Positions 19,401 to 31,268 are shown, counted from the stretch's first letter. The stretch: DNA of 64,000 bases from an uncultured Verrucomicrobiae bacterium (GCA_963837955.1 CAWIPH010000002.1:3840001-3904000); one strand, 5' to 3'. A program made the numbers and translations. Notes: generated by a model from the letters alone, not told the origin.

Positions 19401-19605
19401 AGCGATGATTATAGGCATGGTACCGATGGCGCTGGGTCTGGGCGAAGGCGGTGAACAAAACGCGCCGCTCGGTCGAGCAGTAATCGGCGGATTAATCTTC
19501 GCCACGATCGCGACACTGTTCTTTGTGCCCACCGTATTCATGGTGATTCGTAGCCGGATAGGTGTGTCTCACTCATTGCCCTCCCCAGAACACGCGTCAT
19601 CCTAA
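16417..19605 (+). CDS. RND efflux transporter permease (AcrB/AcrD/AcrF family)
   Basis: 1062 aa; GILVDDA.V..EN, LRPVLMT, PLGRAVIGGL. Confidence 0.95.
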   Translation: MWIVNLALRRPYTFIVLAIFILIAGVLSILSTPKDIFPSINIPVISVIWNYNSLSPEDMESHIVWPYERVLTTTVDNIEHIESQSLYGIGVVKIFMQPTASVPTAIAQVTSVSQAILRQLPTGTTPPLVLSYSASNVPVLRVGLSSKELSEQQLNDFALNFVRTQLITVPGASVPYPYGGKQKYVSVDLNYPALQAHGLQPVDVINAINAQNVILPSGTAKFGPTEYQVGLNYSPLAVEEFNSIPVKVIGNSTIYVRDVANVRNGNIPQTNIVRFDGSRATMLDIQKTGNASTLDIVNGVKTKLPEIKKTLPDSLNLSFLTDQSLFVNAAIEGVVRESIIAACLTAIMILLFLGDWKSTLIIVISIPLSILSSLVILSALHETINIMTLGGLALAVGILVDDATVTIENVDRNLAEGKSNLDAIRDGTAQIAIPAFVSTLCICIVFVPIFFLSGTAKYLFAPLAESVIFAMLASYLLSRTLVPTLAMYFFGKDGNQGSHPTAKKGGIFGWFGAFHRGFDRRFERMRESYRDLLSLFLRHAGLVGLGVLIVLIGSFLLVPWLGQDFFPAVDAGRFDLHVRMKSGTRIEETARSVDQIEGMIRQVIPKEQLQGIIDNIGIPYSGINLSYNTTGTVSAADGDIIVSLNADHDPTISFMRQIRERLRTQFPSVTYWYPPADIVAQILNFGLPAPFDVQIVGADKVHDAAIANKLADQIKRIPGAVDVRVQEPQDTPRLNVTIDRTRAALLGITENQAATSVLGALAGSNQVAPNYWVDPKNGVSYQVNAQSPQYDINSLNALLNVPVIGTAGLPPQILGNISQISRGTTSPIEDHFDIRPVINVYGNVDGRDLGAVSSEVTKLVDQARGTLPKGSSIVLRGQVRTMNDSFTGLYLGLAFSMVLVYLLMVVNFQSWSEPFIIIMALPCALAGIVWMLFLTGTTLSVPALMGAIMCMGVATANSVLVITFANEQFQEHRDAYQAALQAGYVRLRPVLMTAGAMIIGMVPMALGLGEGGEQNAPLGRAVIGGLIFATIATLFFVPTVFMVIRSRIGVSHSLPSPEHASS

Positions 19606-19623
19606 CCAACAAACTTTGCGTGT

Positions 19624-20829
19624 ATGAAGGAAAGCATTTTGGAACCAAGCCCGCGTCCGGCCCCTCCGGCGGCCAAGCCACCAGTAAAAACCGGTCGTTT
19701 TCGGTTTCTTAAAATCTTTGTGGTAGTTGTCGTGATTGCCGCGGCCTGCCTGGTCGTTCTTGGAATTACGTCTCGCTCTGCTGCCACGAAACAGCTGCAG
19801 GCCCAATCGAACGCGACCGCCCAGACGATCGTCACCGTGGTAACTCCCGAGAGAGCACCGGTTAAGGTGCCGCTACAGCTTCCGGGAGAAACGAGAGCGT
19901 ACACTCAAGCTCCGATCTTCGCCCAAACCAGCGGGTACATGAAAAAATGGTACTTTGACATTGGCGCCAAAGTGAAAGGTGGAGACGTGCTGGCAGAACT
20001 GGACACTCCGGAAGTCGATCAGCAGCTCAACCAGTCCCGCGCTAACCTTAAACAGGCTCAGGCCGCGCTCGACCTTTCGCGGGCGACTTACAATCGTAAC
20101 AAAGAGCTATTCCAAAGGCACGTCATTGCGGGGCAGGACATTGACAATTCGACCGGCGACTTTCAGGTCAAGCAAGCCACCGTCAGCGCCGATGAAGCTG
20201 ACGTAAAACGGTTGGAAGCGCTGGAAGACTTTAAACTAATCAGAGCGCCTTTCGACGGGATAGTCACGAGCCGTAACACGGATGTTGGCGCACTGATCAA
20301 CTCGGGATCGGGTAACGCTCTTTTCACGATGGTTCAAATCTCTCCTTTGAGGATCTACGTAACCGTACCGGAAAACTTTTCGCACGCGGTCCACCAAGGA
20401 ATCCAAGCCGATCTGACCTTCAATGAGTTTCCCAATCGGCATTTCACGGCAACAGTCGTACGCACTGCCGGCGCAATCGATCCGACGACCCGAACCTTAC
20501 TCACGGAGCTGCAGGTTCCGAACGAATCGGATGAGCTTTTCCCGGGGGCCTATGCGCAGGTGCGGTTGCAAACCGAGAGCACCGACCGCGCATGGTTAGT
20601 GCCCGCCAACGTACTTCTCTTTCGGGAAGAAGGGGCCTCGGTTGGAATCGTTAAGCCGGACGGGAAGGTAGAAATTCGTCCGATCAAGATCGGTCGCGAT
20701 CTTGGATCGAGGCTTGAAGTCGTGGATGGTCTTGCCGAGAACGACCGCGTTATCGTCAATCCATCCGACAGCTTGGCTAGTGGCATGGTAGTTCAGCTGG
20801 CTCAGGGCGAAAAAAATAAAAAGGACTGA
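19624..20829 (+). CDS. RND periplasmic adaptor (membrane fusion protein)
   Basis: N-terminal TM, lipoyl-like G..VK.G.VLA, IRAPFDG.VT, IDPTTRT, L.PG.Y. Confidence 0.92.
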   Translation: MKESILEPSPRPAPPAAKPPVKTGRFRFLKIFVVVVVIAAACLVVLGITSRSAATKQLQAQSNATAQTIVTVVTPERAPVKVPLQLPGETRAYTQAPIFAQTSGYMKKWYFDIGAKVKGGDVLAELDTPEVDQQLNQSRANLKQAQAALDLSRATYNRNKELFQRHVIAGQDIDNSTGDFQVKQATVSADEADVKRLEALEDFKLIRAPFDGIVTSRNTDVGALINSGSGNALFTMVQISPLRIYVTVPENFSHAVHQGIQADLTFNEFPNRHFTATVVRTAGAIDPTTRTLLTELQVPNESDELFPGAYAQVRLQTESTDRAWLVPANVLLFREEGASVGIVKPDGKVEIRPIKIGRDLGSRLEVVDGLAENDRVIVNPSDSLASGMVVQLAQGEKNKKD

Positions 20830-21001
20830 TCGGTGAGCTAACCGCGATGGCGCGGAATGGAGTCCGCGCCCTACCGATGCCGAGGGGAAGAGTAGAGTGA
20901 TGCTTCAGCCTCGGTAGCCGAACCACCCCTGCATTCAATTGTCTGACCCAGCCGCAACACTGTCGCGACTGCCGGCTAGCCTATCAGATTCCTTTCGCTA
21001 C

Positions 21002-21772
21002 CTAATGCAAGACCGCCTCAGCGTGGCGAATGATTTTGGCGAAGTTGTGCGGATCCAGGCATGCTCCACCAACCAGCGCCCCGTCGATGCCGGGACGCCG
21101 CATCAATTCTTCAGTGTTCTCTGGCTTAACGCTTCCCCCATATTGGATCCGGATACGTTCCGCCGCGCCTACGTCGAACAATTTCCCAAGGACCGAGCGG
21201 ATAAAAAAATGAGCCTCCTCAGCCTGAGTTGGCGTCGCGCTCCGACCTGTCCCGATCGCCCAGACCGGCTCATAAGCGATCACGATCTCTGTAGCTTCTT
21301 TGGTTCGAACACCCTTTAGACCCAGTTCGAGTTGTGTTCGAAGCACTGTCTCTACCTCATTATTGTCGCGCTGGGCAGCTGACTCGCCGACACAGACGAT
21401 AGGGCGTAATCCGGCTTCCAAGGCTGCGTGGACCTTCCGGTTCACCGTTTCATCAGTCTCACCAAATAACGCCCGGCGCTCACTGTGTCCGAGTATGACA
21501 TATTTGACAAACAACGCCCGGAGCATTGTGGCGCTGATCTCCCCGGTGTAAGCGCCGCTTCGTTCCCAATACATGTTTTGCGCACCCACGCGAATGAAGG
21601 GCGCCTTTTCGGAAAATTGAGCCAATGTTGGAATCGAAGTAAATGGAGGGATCATCACGATCTCGACATCATCGACCTCGCCCATCTCAAGCAAAAACGC
21701 CTCCATGTAAGACGCCGCCTCCAAATGAGTAAGGTTCATCTTCCAATTCCCGGCTAAGATTTTCTTACGCAT
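21002..21772 (-). CDS. tpiA: triosephosphate isomerase
   Basis: AGNWKM, GHSERR, AYEPVWAIGTG, YGGSV. Confidence 0.98.
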   Translation of the reverse strand: MRKKILAGNWKMNLTHLEAASYMEAFLLEMGEVDDVEIVMIPPFTSIPTLAQFSEKAPFIRVGAQNMYWERSGAYTGEISATMLRALFVKYVILGHSERRALFGETDETVNRKVHAALEAGLRPIVCVGESAAQRDNNEVETVLRTQLELGLKGVRTKEATEIVIAYEPVWAIGTGRSATPTQAEEAHFFIRSVLGKLFDVGAAERIRIQYGGSVKPENTEELMRRPGIDGALVGGACLDPHNFAKIIRHAEAVLH

Positions 21773-21774
21773 GG

Positions 21775-22989
21775 CTATTTATCGGTAAGCGCAGCTACTC
21801 CAGGGAGCGTTCTACCTTCCAATAACTCGAGCGAAGCGCCTCCACCGGTAGAAATAAACGTCATACAATCAGCCAACCCAAACTGCTTTACCGCAGTCAC
21901 AGAATCACCCCCGCCAATAATGGTTTTGGCCGATGAGTGAGCCAAAGCCTCCGCCAAAGCCCTCGTTCCGGTTGCGAATTCAGGGATTTCAAATACTCCA
22001 ACTGGACCATTCCAAAGGATTGTCTTTGCTTTCTCGATCTCTGCCTGGAATCGCCGGATCGTTTCGGCTCCAATATCGACTGCCTCCCAACCCTCAGTGA
22101 TCCCGCGCTCCTTCGATAAAAGCGGCGTATTGCGGAAATGAGCACCTGGTTTGAACTCATCTGTCTCGATATTATCGACCGGAACTAGAAATTTTATTCC
22201 CTTTTGCTCGGCCAGCCTTAGCAATTCTTCCGCGAGATGCACTTTATCTTCCTCTACGCGACTGGCACCGGTCGGAATGCCCATTGCCCGGTAAAACGTA
22301 TAGGCCATTGCACCGCCAATCAGGATGACGTCGGCCTTTTCCATGAGCGCCTTGATGACCCCGATTTTATCCGAGACCTTCGCTCCCCCTAAAATCACCA
22401 GGAAAGGTCTCTCGGGATTGGCTAACTCATCCTGGAGGTATCGCAGCTCTTTCTCCATCAATAGACCCATGGCGGCGGGATGGAGGTAGCGAGCGACACC
22501 GGCAGTGCTGGCGTGAGCGCGATGCGCCGCGCCAAAGGCGTCGTTCACATACAAATCGCCAAGCCGGGCCAATTGCTGAGCAAACTCTGGATCATTCTCT
22601 TCTTCTTCGGCGTAAAAACGAACGTTCTCGATGAGCAGTACTCCACCATCCGGAAGCTGCCGGCTGGCTCTTTCGGCTTCCGGGCCAATCACTTCGGGAG
22701 AAAATTCGACTTTAGCGCTGAGGAGCTCGGCCAAACGTTTCGCTACGGGACGCAACGAATATTTCGGATTTGGTTTGCCTTTTGGGCGCCCAAAATGGGA
22801 GAGCAAAACAATCTTAGCCCCTCTTTCCCGAAGAAGATTGATGGTCGGCAAGCTCTCCCGTATTCGGGTATCATCGGTGATCCTAATTGCGCCATCGACC
22901 TCTTCGGTTGGCACATTAAAATCCACTCGAACAAGAACCCGGCGTCCCTTTACCTCCAGATCACGAACGGACAGTTTCGGCATGGGCAC
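21775..22989 (-). CDS. pgk: phosphoglycerate kinase
   Basis: RVDFNVP, SH.GRP, NDAFGAAHRAHAS, GGAKVSDK, GGGDS, STGGGASLE; start 22989 or 22983. Confidence 0.98.
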   Translation of the reverse strand: MPMPKLSVRDLEVKGRRVLVRVDFNVPTEEVDGAIRITDDTRIRESLPTINLLRERGAKIVLLSHFGRPKGKPNPKYSLRPVAKRLAELLSAKVEFSPEVIGPEAERASRQLPDGGVLLIENVRFYAEEEENDPEFAQQLARLGDLYVNDAFGAAHRAHASTAGVARYLHPAAMGLLMEKELRYLQDELANPERPFLVILGGAKVSDKIGVIKALMEKADVILIGGAMAYTFYRAMGIPTGASRVEEDKVHLAEELLRLAEQKGIKFLVPVDNIETDEFKPGAHFRNTPLLSKERGITEGWEAVDIGAETIRRFQAEIEKAKTILWNGPVGVFEIPEFATGTRALAEALAHSSAKTIIGGGDSVTAVKQFGLADCMTFISTGGGASLELLEGRTLPGVAALTDK

Positions 22990-22995
22990 ACAGCC

Positions 22996-24093
<1,098 letters not shown>

Positions 24094-24111
24094 CTAAAGA
24101 TCCTGCCTGAG

Positions 24112-24160
24112 GTAGGGACGGGCTCCCGCCGTCCGAACGCGCGGGAGCGCAATCGCTACC
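24112..24160. repeat. GTAG-type REP-like element
   Basis: GGTAG...CTACC termini with internal GCTCCCGC/GCGGGAGC inverted repeat. Confidence 0.5.
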
Positions 24161-24163
24161 CGG

Positions 24164-24203
24164 AAAACAAACGAGCGTCGCGAATCCAAACTCACGACGC
24201 TCG
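24164..24203 (-). terminator. probable intrinsic terminator of ftsH
   Basis: CGAGCGTCG/CGACGCTCG stem followed by a T-rich tail on the minus strand. Confidence 0.6.
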
Positions 24204-24226
24204 CAAAAATTTACGAATGAAACGGA

Positions 24227-26245
24227 TTAAACGGGCGCTTCGGTCAAACCACCGAGACCTTCCGGTTCAGGCCGGTTGGCATCATCCGGCCGCGGCTCGA
24301 TCCGGACGGGCGGAATCGGAGGCGGAGGATTGATCAGCTTCCCGTAATTAATGATTTCGCGCACTTGCGTGCCATCCAATGTCTCGTATTCGAGCAACGC
24401 TTTGGCGATCCCGACCAAGACATCTTTGCGCTGCGTAAGGGCCTTCATTGCGCGTTGATAGGCATCGTCGCACAACCGTTTGACCTCGCGGTCGATCTCC
24501 TGAGCAGTCGCCTCGCTGTAGGCGCGAGAACGAGATATATCCCGGCCCAGGAACACGAAATCGTCGTGCTCGCCATATTCGACCATCCCAAGACGCTCGC
24601 TCATTCCCCATTCGCACACCATCTTTCGGGCAATCCCTGTGGCCATCCGGATATCTCCAGACGCACCGCTCGTTACGTCACCAAAGATCATCTCCTCAGC
24701 TACCCGGCCTCCCATGACCACAACCAGCCGATCGAGCAACTCGTTCTTGCGATTGTTGTACTTTTCCTCAGCCGGCAGATACATCGTCGACCCGAGCGAA
24801 GGGCCTCGAGGTATAATTGTGACCTTGTGCACCGGATCTGTGTGATCAAGCAACTCACAAAGCAACGCGTGGCCAGCTTCATGATAAGCCGTATTCTCTT
24901 TCTCTTTCTCGCTGATGGCCAAGCTTCGACGCTCCTTGCCCCAGCGCACTTTGTCGCGTGATTCTTCCAGCTCTGCCATCGTGATCGCCTTGAGGCCACG
25001 ACGCGCCGCTAACAGGGCCGCTTCGTTGATCACATTTGCCAACTCTGCTCCCGAGTAACCAGGAGTGCCGCGGGCAGCAACGCCCAGATCGACGCCTTCT
25101 GCCAATTTCACCCGTTTAGCGTGCACTCGCAGAATTTCTTCACGGCCTTTAACGTCAGGCAGATTTACGGTGATCTGGCGATCGAATCGTCCGGGTCGCA
25201 GGAGAGCAGGATCAAGCACGTCCGGGCGGTTCGTTGCCGCAATAATGATCACGCCTTCCTGAGTATCGAATCCATCCATCTCGACCAGGAGCGCATTGAG
25301 CGTCTGCTCACGTTCGTCATGTCCACCGCCCAAACCATGCCCACGATGACGCCCAACGGCATCAATCTCGTCGATGAAAATGATGCAGGGAGCAGATTTC
25401 TTCCCCTGTTCGAACATGTCTCGCACCCGCGAAGCTCCGACGCCGACAAACATTTCGACAAAGTCGGATCCGCTAATGCTGAAAAACGGCACATCCGCTT
25501 CGCCGGCAATCGCGCGTGCTAAGAGAGTCTTCCCAGTGCCGGGAGCCCCGACCATCAAAACACCCTTCGGGATCCGCCCACCAAGTTTTTGAAACTTCTT
25601 GGGGTCCTTTAGGAAATCGACAATCTCCTGTACCTCTTCTTTCGCTTCCTCGATACCGGCGACATCCTTAAACGTCACGCGATTCCGATCCCGAGCGAGC
25701 ATTCGTGCTTTACTCTTGCCGAACGACAAAGCGCCCTTTCCGGCGTTTCGGATTTGTTGGCGAAAGAGAAGATAAATCAGGAAGAAGAACAGCGCGATCG
25801 GCGCGAAGTTTAGCAACGCGGTCAGCATGACGTCGGAGTCAGCCCGGATGTCGACCTTATAGCCTTTGCCTTCCAGCTCGGACTTGAGATCTTTATTAAA
25901 CTCAAGAAAGACCGTGGTTTTGAAGCGATCCGGAGTGGTCGAGCCAGCGCCTGGCTTTCTCTCCTTATCGAACGCACCCCGCAAAACTTGCGTTGTCTTT
26001 CCCTCCGTAACGACGAGTTGCATCGGCTCATCTTTGCTGATGCGGCCCTCGTTCAGGTATTGTTGAAATTCGGTGAACGGAATGTCTTCTACGTTTCCGT
26101 AGCCTCCGTTCCTAGAAAAGAAAAACACCCCGAGCAACGTAATGGCAAAAGCGAAAAGCAGAATACCACGCCAATTAAAGTTATTGTCGTTGCCAAAATT
26201 TCGGGAGTTCTTGTCTTGTCTGGACCTTGGATCTTGTTCTGGCAT
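24227..26245 (-). CDS. ftsH: ATP-dependent zinc metalloprotease FtsH
   Basis: Two TMs, [31 protein letters not shown]. Confidence 0.98.
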   Translation of the reverse strand: MPEQDPRSRQDKNSRNFGNDNNFNWRGILLFAFAITLLGVFFFSRNGGYGNVEDIPFTEFQQYLNEGRISKDEPMQLVVTEGKTTQVLRGAFDKERKPGAGSTTPDRFKTTVFLEFNKDLKSELEGKGYKVDIRADSDVMLTALLNFAPIALFFFLIYLLFRQQIRNAGKGALSFGKSKARMLARDRNRVTFKDVAGIEEAKEEVQEIVDFLKDPKKFQKLGGRIPKGVLMVGAPGTGKTLLARAIAGEADVPFFSISGSDFVEMFVGVGASRVRDMFEQGKKSAPCIIFIDEIDAVGRHRGHGLGGGHDEREQTLNALLVEMDGFDTQEGVIIIAATNRPDVLDPALLRPGRFDRQITVNLPDVKGREEILRVHAKRVKLAEGVDLGVAARGTPGYSGAELANVINEAALLAARRGLKAITMAELEESRDKVRWGKERRSLAISEKEKENTAYHEAGHALLCELLDHTDPVHKVTIIPRGPSLGSTMYLPAEEKYNNRKNELLDRLVVVMGGRVAEEMIFGDVTSGASGDIRMATGIARKMVCEWGMSERLGMVEYGEHDDFVFLGRDISRSRAYSEATAQEIDREVKRLCDDAYQRAMKALTQRKDVLVGIAKALLEYETLDGTQVREIINYGKLINPPPPIPPVRIEPRPDDANRPEPEGLGGLTEAPV

Positions 26246-26262
26246 ACACTAATAGATTTAAG

Positions 26263-26290
26263 AAACTAGCACATCGAACTCCGGGTGCAA
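26263..26290 (-). promoter_or_regulatory. ftsH promoter TTGCAC-N16-TAGTTT
   Basis: Hexamers 17 nt upstream of the ATG. Confidence 0.5.
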
Positions 26291-26357
26291 AGAAAGCGCT
26301 TGCTTAGAATCGGCTCGCTCCCAAGGCGGGCACCCCGGAAAAGCCCTTGTATTTCCT

Positions 26358-26978
26358 TTAATCCCCCAGTAACTCCCTCAGTCTTTCCTGCGCTTTCATG
26401 GTTACAGGATAACCATGGGCGAACGTGAGAAGCCGAACCGAAAGACTTCGGAATTGCTGAATGGATGCCTGCAATTGTTTGGCATTCGTACAGTATCCCT
26501 CCGGGAGCAAACTGAATCCGTACCCGGGCAAGTGGATGAAAGCGTCTCCGAATGCCAGAATCTCCATGTCTGGCCTATAGATTGCCACCTCGCCCGGACT
26601 CGCACCGGAGAGATCGAAGATTTCAAGCTGATTCCAGTAGATCACGCCGGGTTTCAGTTCCTCATCCGGGGTAAACCCGAGCTCATGCTCGAGCCCGGCC
26701 GGCGCGAGGATCGGGATCTTCCACTGTCGCGCAAACACTCTGGCGGCTCGACCGTGGTTTCCGTTGGTCAGCAAAATTGCCCGAGGAACCGCCCCCTCGA
26801 CTAGCGCTGTCGCGGCCTCTGATGCCAACCGAATCGGATCGATAAAATAGAGCCCATCGTCGAGACGATGGGCACTACAGCTCAAATCCGTGCGGGAAGC
26901 AGGATCGTATTCCTGCCAAAAAGCGACGGCCTCATTCAGCCACGCAAAATCGCTCGCGCACGGCCCAATTGACATCAC
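26358..26978 (-). CDS. metallo-beta-lactamase-fold protein with degenerate metal motif
   Basis: FIDP, ILLTNGNH.R (for HxHxDH), G.SPGE, FGD, F.HG.P. Confidence 0.65.
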   Translation of the reverse strand: MMSIGPCASDFAWLNEAVAFWQEYDPASRTDLSCSAHRLDDGLYFIDPIRLASEAATALVEGAVPRAILLTNGNHGRAARVFARQWKIPILAPAGLEHELGFTPDEELKPGVIYWNQLEIFDLSGASPGEVAIYRPDMEILAFGDAFIHLPGYGFSLLPEGYCTNAKQLQASIQQFRSLSVRLLTFAHGYPVTMKAQERLRELLGD

Positions 26979-27577
26979 GGGGCGTATTTTACACTGCAGC
27001 CGTAAGGTCGCGTGGAGGTCAGCGCAACCGTTTGGCCACCCATGACAGCCTCTAACGCAGACTTCACGTAGTTCTTCGCCGTCTTTACATCTCCGAGGTC
27101 CGTGCTCGGTTTGTCGTCGATCGCTCCCTGGTACACCAGCGTGCCCTGAGGGTTGATGATGTACATGTCGGGGGTCGTCTTGGCTCCAAAGAGATGTCCT
27201 ACTTTACCATCCGGATCCAGCAGTAGCGCCGTGCAGGCAGATCTATTTTTTGTGGCGATCTGATTTAATTGAGAGGGCGGATAATTTCCCTCCTGACCCG
27301 AAGCCGAAGAATCAATGCTCAGCCAAACGACGCCCTTACTGACGTACTCCTTCTGGAGAGCTTGCATATTTCCGGAATTGTAATGCTTACGGACAAATGG
27401 ACAGTCCGGGTTATACCACTCGAGCACAACATACTTGCCTTTGTACTCTGAGAGGTGGTGGGTCTTTCCATTTGTGTCGGTCAGCGTGAAATCAGGCGCT
27501 CCCTTTCCTACCTGAACTTCAGCGAAGGTGACGCCGCAGCTGAAAGCGAGGGCTGTAATCAATAAGGTTCGAATCAT
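26975..27577 (-). CDS. exported thioredoxin/AhpC-TSA family redoxin
   Basis: Signal peptide, APDFTL.D..G, LEWYNPDCPFV, GAKTTP, Y.GAIDD, PYGCSVKY. Confidence 0.9.
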   Translation of the reverse strand: MIRTLLITALAFSCGVTFAEVQVGKGAPDFTLTDTNGKTHHLSEYKGKYVVLEWYNPDCPFVRKHYNSGNMQALQKEYVSKGVVWLSIDSSASGQEGNYPPSQLNQIATKNRSACTALLLDPDGKVGHLFGAKTTPDMYIINPQGTLVYQGAIDDKPSTDLGDVKTAKNYVKSALEAVMGGQTVALTSTRPYGCSVKYAP

Positions 27578-27635
27578 AGGTTATTAATAGGTTGGCTAGA
27601 ACTGATACGAATCGAGGAAAAAAATCGGATGAGGC

Positions 27636-29699
27636 TCAACTTTGCTTAAGAGCATCTAGTACACTCTGCGCGCTGATCAACTCCGGCAAGAGCGAAGGTT
27701 CCCGATTCTTTCCGCCTGGGTAGACCAGATACATTGGGACGCCCGCTCGACCATGCTGTTTCAGGATTTCGGTGATGGTTGGATCTCCGTGAGTCCAATC
27801 CGCCCGCAGCGTAATTACTTGTCGTTGGGCAAACGCATTTCGAACCGCAGCAGTATCAATGGCGAAACGCTCATTCGCTTTGCAGGTGATGCACCAGTCG
27901 GCCGTAAAGTCGACAAACACCGGGCGACCGGAATCCAAGGCCGCGTCAAGTGACTCCTGACTAAATTTCTGCCAGGCGAGCTGGCTTGGCGCCGTAAAAA
28001 ATGCGTATCCGGCTATGGCCAAGATCACCACCCCGGCAATCGCTCCACCCGAGAGCCACTTCACTCTCGCGGGGGCGACTGGACTCCAGAAAGAGCCTTT
28101 AATCCAAGCAATTACGCCGATTACCAGCAGCAGCGCGCCCAAAACCACTATTGCGTCGACCCCTTTCAGCTGCCCGACAATCCACGCTAACCAGAGAACC
28201 GTTGCGAGCAGCAAGAATCCCAAGCATTGCTTAACCCGCACCATCCACCCACCCGGTTTTGGCAAATACCCCAGCCACTTCGGATTAGCGGCAAGCAGAA
28301 GGTAGGGCGCTGCCATTCCGACTCCGACCGCGAAGAAAATCAAGAACGTGATCAATGGGGGCTGAGCGAAGGCGAAAGCGGACGCCGTACCCAAGAATGG
28401 CGCTGTACACGGAGTGGCCAATACGGTTGCAAAGACGCCCTGGAAAAAAGCGCTGGCGTACCCTTGGCCCGCAGCTAACCGGGCCAGGCCCCCCGTTGCG
28501 CCGGCGGAAACTGTGATTTCGTAGACGCCAAGCAAATTCAACGCGAACGCAAAAACGATACAGGCGATAATCAACACGAATCGTTCATCCTGAAACTGGA
28601 ATCCCCAACCGACGTTCGCGCCGGCCGCCCGCAAAGCGACTACCCCAATCGCCAGCAATCCGAAGCAGGCCAAAATTCCCGCAGCAAACGTCAGAGCGAG
28701 TCGAAACGCCTTGTCGGGCTGGCCACCGGCTTCATTCACGAACCCGAAAATCTTCAAAGAAATTACCGGCAAGACACACGGCATTACATTCAGAATTAGG
28801 CCGCCCACAAGCGCGAACCCCACCGCCTGCAACAGCGCTGCGAAGTCGAGTGTTTGCGCCGCATTCCCAGCGGCAATCCCGCCCGATGTGTTCAGTGTCT
28901 GCGCCGGCACCTCGAATGCTTCCGTTTTCTGGCCGTCGGTGATCACGGCAACACCGCCCAGCTGATCCAACGGTTTGCCCTCAGATTCGATCGAAAAGAT
29001 CACCGTTTTTCCCGCTTGCTTTGCGTGGCCTAAGACCACCTCGGGGGGCGGTTCCGGGTAAAAATCGAGCGAACTGGAAGATGTCACTCCGGAAAAAGCT
29101 GCCGTAATTTGCTGACCCTGACGGGAAATATTCAGCCGGTAGGTCGCGGGGAGAGCTTGCGGTACCTGGGCGGCAAATTTTTGAAAGATCGCCGGATCAA
29201 CGCGAGCCTGACCGGATCCAGAGTTAAGCTCCAAACTGAGGCTCGCCTCTCCGGGCACACAAGAGCTCTGGCAAACCAACCATTTCGAGTCGGCCTTTAT
29301 TGAGATCGGCCCTGGGGGCAATGTCGCCGGCGCCTCTACGTCGGTGAATAACAAAACTTCCGAGCTGTAAGCGAAGACCTCGAGTTCACCCGGTTCTTTG
29401 TCCCGAGTTGGCAAGGGCCAATGAAGAGGACCCGCTTGAAAGCCAGGGGGTAAATGCCAGTCTATTTGGGTCGGGATCCCGGAATCCCCGGCAAACTTCC
29501 AATAGATGTGCCACTCCGGTTCGATCTGGTACAAAACGCCGATCCGGAATTTCTGACCTGCTCGAACGGTGGCCGTATCCGCCAGGAGCGTCGCATGAAC
29601 TAGCTCGCGTCCGTCCTTGATCTGTGCCCGCCCCAGCTGGGCTCCGCAAAAGAGACAGAACAAAAACAGGAAGACTAACCTTGGGGCGACCTTTTTCAT
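27636..29699 (-). CDS. dsbD: DsbD-family thiol:disulfide interchange protein
   Basis: N-domain WH.YW and C...C, TM domain LN.MPCVLP and TPCTAPF, C-terminal WCITC thioredoxin. Confidence 0.92.
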   Translation of the reverse strand: MKKVAPRLVFLFLFCLFCGAQLGRAQIKDGRELVHATLLADTATVRAGQKFRIGVLYQIEPEWHIYWKFAGDSGIPTQIDWHLPPGFQAGPLHWPLPTRDKEPGELEVFAYSSEVLLFTDVEAPATLPPGPISIKADSKWLVCQSSCVPGEASLSLELNSGSGQARVDPAIFQKFAAQVPQALPATYRLNISRQGQQITAAFSGVTSSSSLDFYPEPPPEVVLGHAKQAGKTVIFSIESEGKPLDQLGGVAVITDGQKTEAFEVPAQTLNTSGGIAAGNAAQTLDFAALLQAVGFALVGGLILNVMPCVLPVISLKIFGFVNEAGGQPDKAFRLALTFAAGILACFGLLAIGVVALRAAGANVGWGFQFQDERFVLIIACIVFAFALNLLGVYEITVSAGATGGLARLAAGQGYASAFFQGVFATVLATPCTAPFLGTASAFAFAQPPLITFLIFFAVGVGMAAPYLLLAANPKWLGYLPKPGGWMVRVKQCLGFLLLATVLWLAWIVGQLKGVDAIVVLGALLLVIGVIAWIKGSFWSPVAPARVKWLSGGAIAGVVILAIAGYAFFTAPSQLAWQKFSQESLDAALDSGRPVFVDFTADWCITCKANERFAIDTAAVRNAFAQRQVITLRADWTHGDPTITEILKQHGRAGVPMYLVYPGGKNREPSLLPELISAQSVLDALKQS

Positions 29700-30450
29700 G
29701 GAATCTCAGGTTACAGCGAAATCAGCACCAATTTATTCCAGAAAGCTCGATTCCGCGAAGTCGAGATGAGGCCCCACAAGAGCATGCCGGAGGCGCTACG
29801 CGGCTGAGGGGCAACGCCGCGAATGAGCCGCCCCTGTCTCACCGCCCCAGGCCAGGCGTCTTTTTGGTTCAGATTGCGTCGCTGACTCATATTGCATCGG
29901 TTATGCGCTCCCTCCTCCCTCCGAAGCAATAAACTCGCTCCGAGCGCGCATTGGCTATAGCGAATGCAGGGCACTAATTGGATGCAGAGGCGGAAGGCTC
30001 GACTTTTTTTCGTCAGCGGCAAGCTTCGCGTAACCGAAGGTCGTGATCAAACGTCGTTTATCTTTGGCGGCTTTCAGGAATTTGCGTCTCTGCTCTTTCC
30101 CATTCCTATAGAGAATTCAGGCATCCCTGCGATCCATTGAGTGATCGCATGCGGTCGATTTTAATCGATCTTTGCTGTTAGCCAGGAGACCACACGCGCG
30201 CGGGCAGGGCCGCGCCCAGCCTGCGCCCGGAGTCCTCAGATGGCTTCGCAATTCACCTTGAGAGACGCCCGGACCCATCCCACCAGCCGATCAGCCGGTC
30301 TTTGAATGCAGTTTGCACGTCGATTCGATCTCCTTGCACACTCGATTGGCCAAACGCCAGACCTACTCCGAATCTCCCCAGGGAAAGGCAACTGTTTGCT
30401 GGTTTGGCACGCATCTAGCATCCAGGAGAATCCATACTTCTGGTGATGTT

Positions 30451-30600
30451 ATGATTTCCTGGTTTCTCATTGGCCTTATCGTCGCCATCCCAACCGCGCT
30501 AGTCTGGTGTTCTGGGCCGTCAACCCGGCCCCGGTGGTTATTCCGGGGTTTTTTCCTGCTGATCTTCCTGGTTTTCGTCCTCACGGCTCTGATGTCTTAA
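30451..30600 (+). CDS. putative 49-aa two-helix membrane protein
   Basis: MISWFLIGLIVAIPTALVW...FFLLIFLVFVLTALMS. Confidence 0.4.
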   Translation: MISWFLIGLIVAIPTALVWCSGPSTRPRWLFRGFFLLIFLVFVLTALMS

Positions 30601-30628
30601 CGCACCAGGGCGGGGTCCCGGAATCCGG

Positions 30629-31105
30629 CTACCCGGCCGCAGATTTTTCGGGAGTTCCGGGCGCACCTCGTTCCGCCTTAAGCAAATCGCGAATCTCAGC
30701 CAAGAGCTTTTCCTCGCCTGACGGGCCCTTCGGCGGCGCTGGCGCACGGAACCGATTTACTTGCTGGATCACGATAAATAAAACAAACGCGATTATCAGG
30801 AACTCAATCAGCGTGTTTAGAAACGCGCCGTAAGCCACGACCGCTAACCCTTTGTCCGTTGCTTCTTTCAAAGAGCCAGCCGGCTGGCCAGACAGGTTAA
30901 CGAAGAGGCTGGAGAAATCGACCTTGCCCAGCAGCAAACCAAACGGCGGCATGATCACGTTATTCACCAACGCGGTGACGATTTTTCCGAACGCCGCACC
31001 AATAATCACACCGATCGCCAAATCGATGACTGAACCTTTCATCGCGAAGTCTCTGAATTCTTGAAGGAATGACTTAGCCGTTTCTCCGATTTTCGATGCA
31101 CTCAT
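30629..31105 (-). CDS. mscL: large-conductance mechanosensitive channel
   Basis: [25 protein letters not shown]...I.FLI, LL.EIRDLL. Confidence 0.96.
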   Translation of the reverse strand: MSASKIGETAKSFLQEFRDFAMKGSVIDLAIGVIIGAAFGKIVTALVNNVIMPPFGLLLGKVDFSSLFVNLSGQPAGSLKEATDKGLAVVAYGAFLNTLIEFLIIAFVLFIVIQQVNRFRAPAPPKGPSGEEKLLAEIRDLLKAERGAPGTPEKSAAG

Positions 31106-31268
31106 TTTATTGAAATACGATTGCTAATGATCAAAACGAACCTCTCCCAAGACGCCGACTTGAGGCGACCTGGGTTAAATCCTCGACCTATTACGTAGCC
31201 GCAGTCAGAACAAGACGCATGGCAAAGTCACAAGGTGGTGGCCAGTCGCGCTTATCGATCGGGAATTG

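Noticed and set aside
29957..30137. Minus-strand frame with an in-frame TGA after seven codons (possible recoding or pseudogene)
   Set aside because: No recognisable protein family, redox motif or SECIS-like element supports it.
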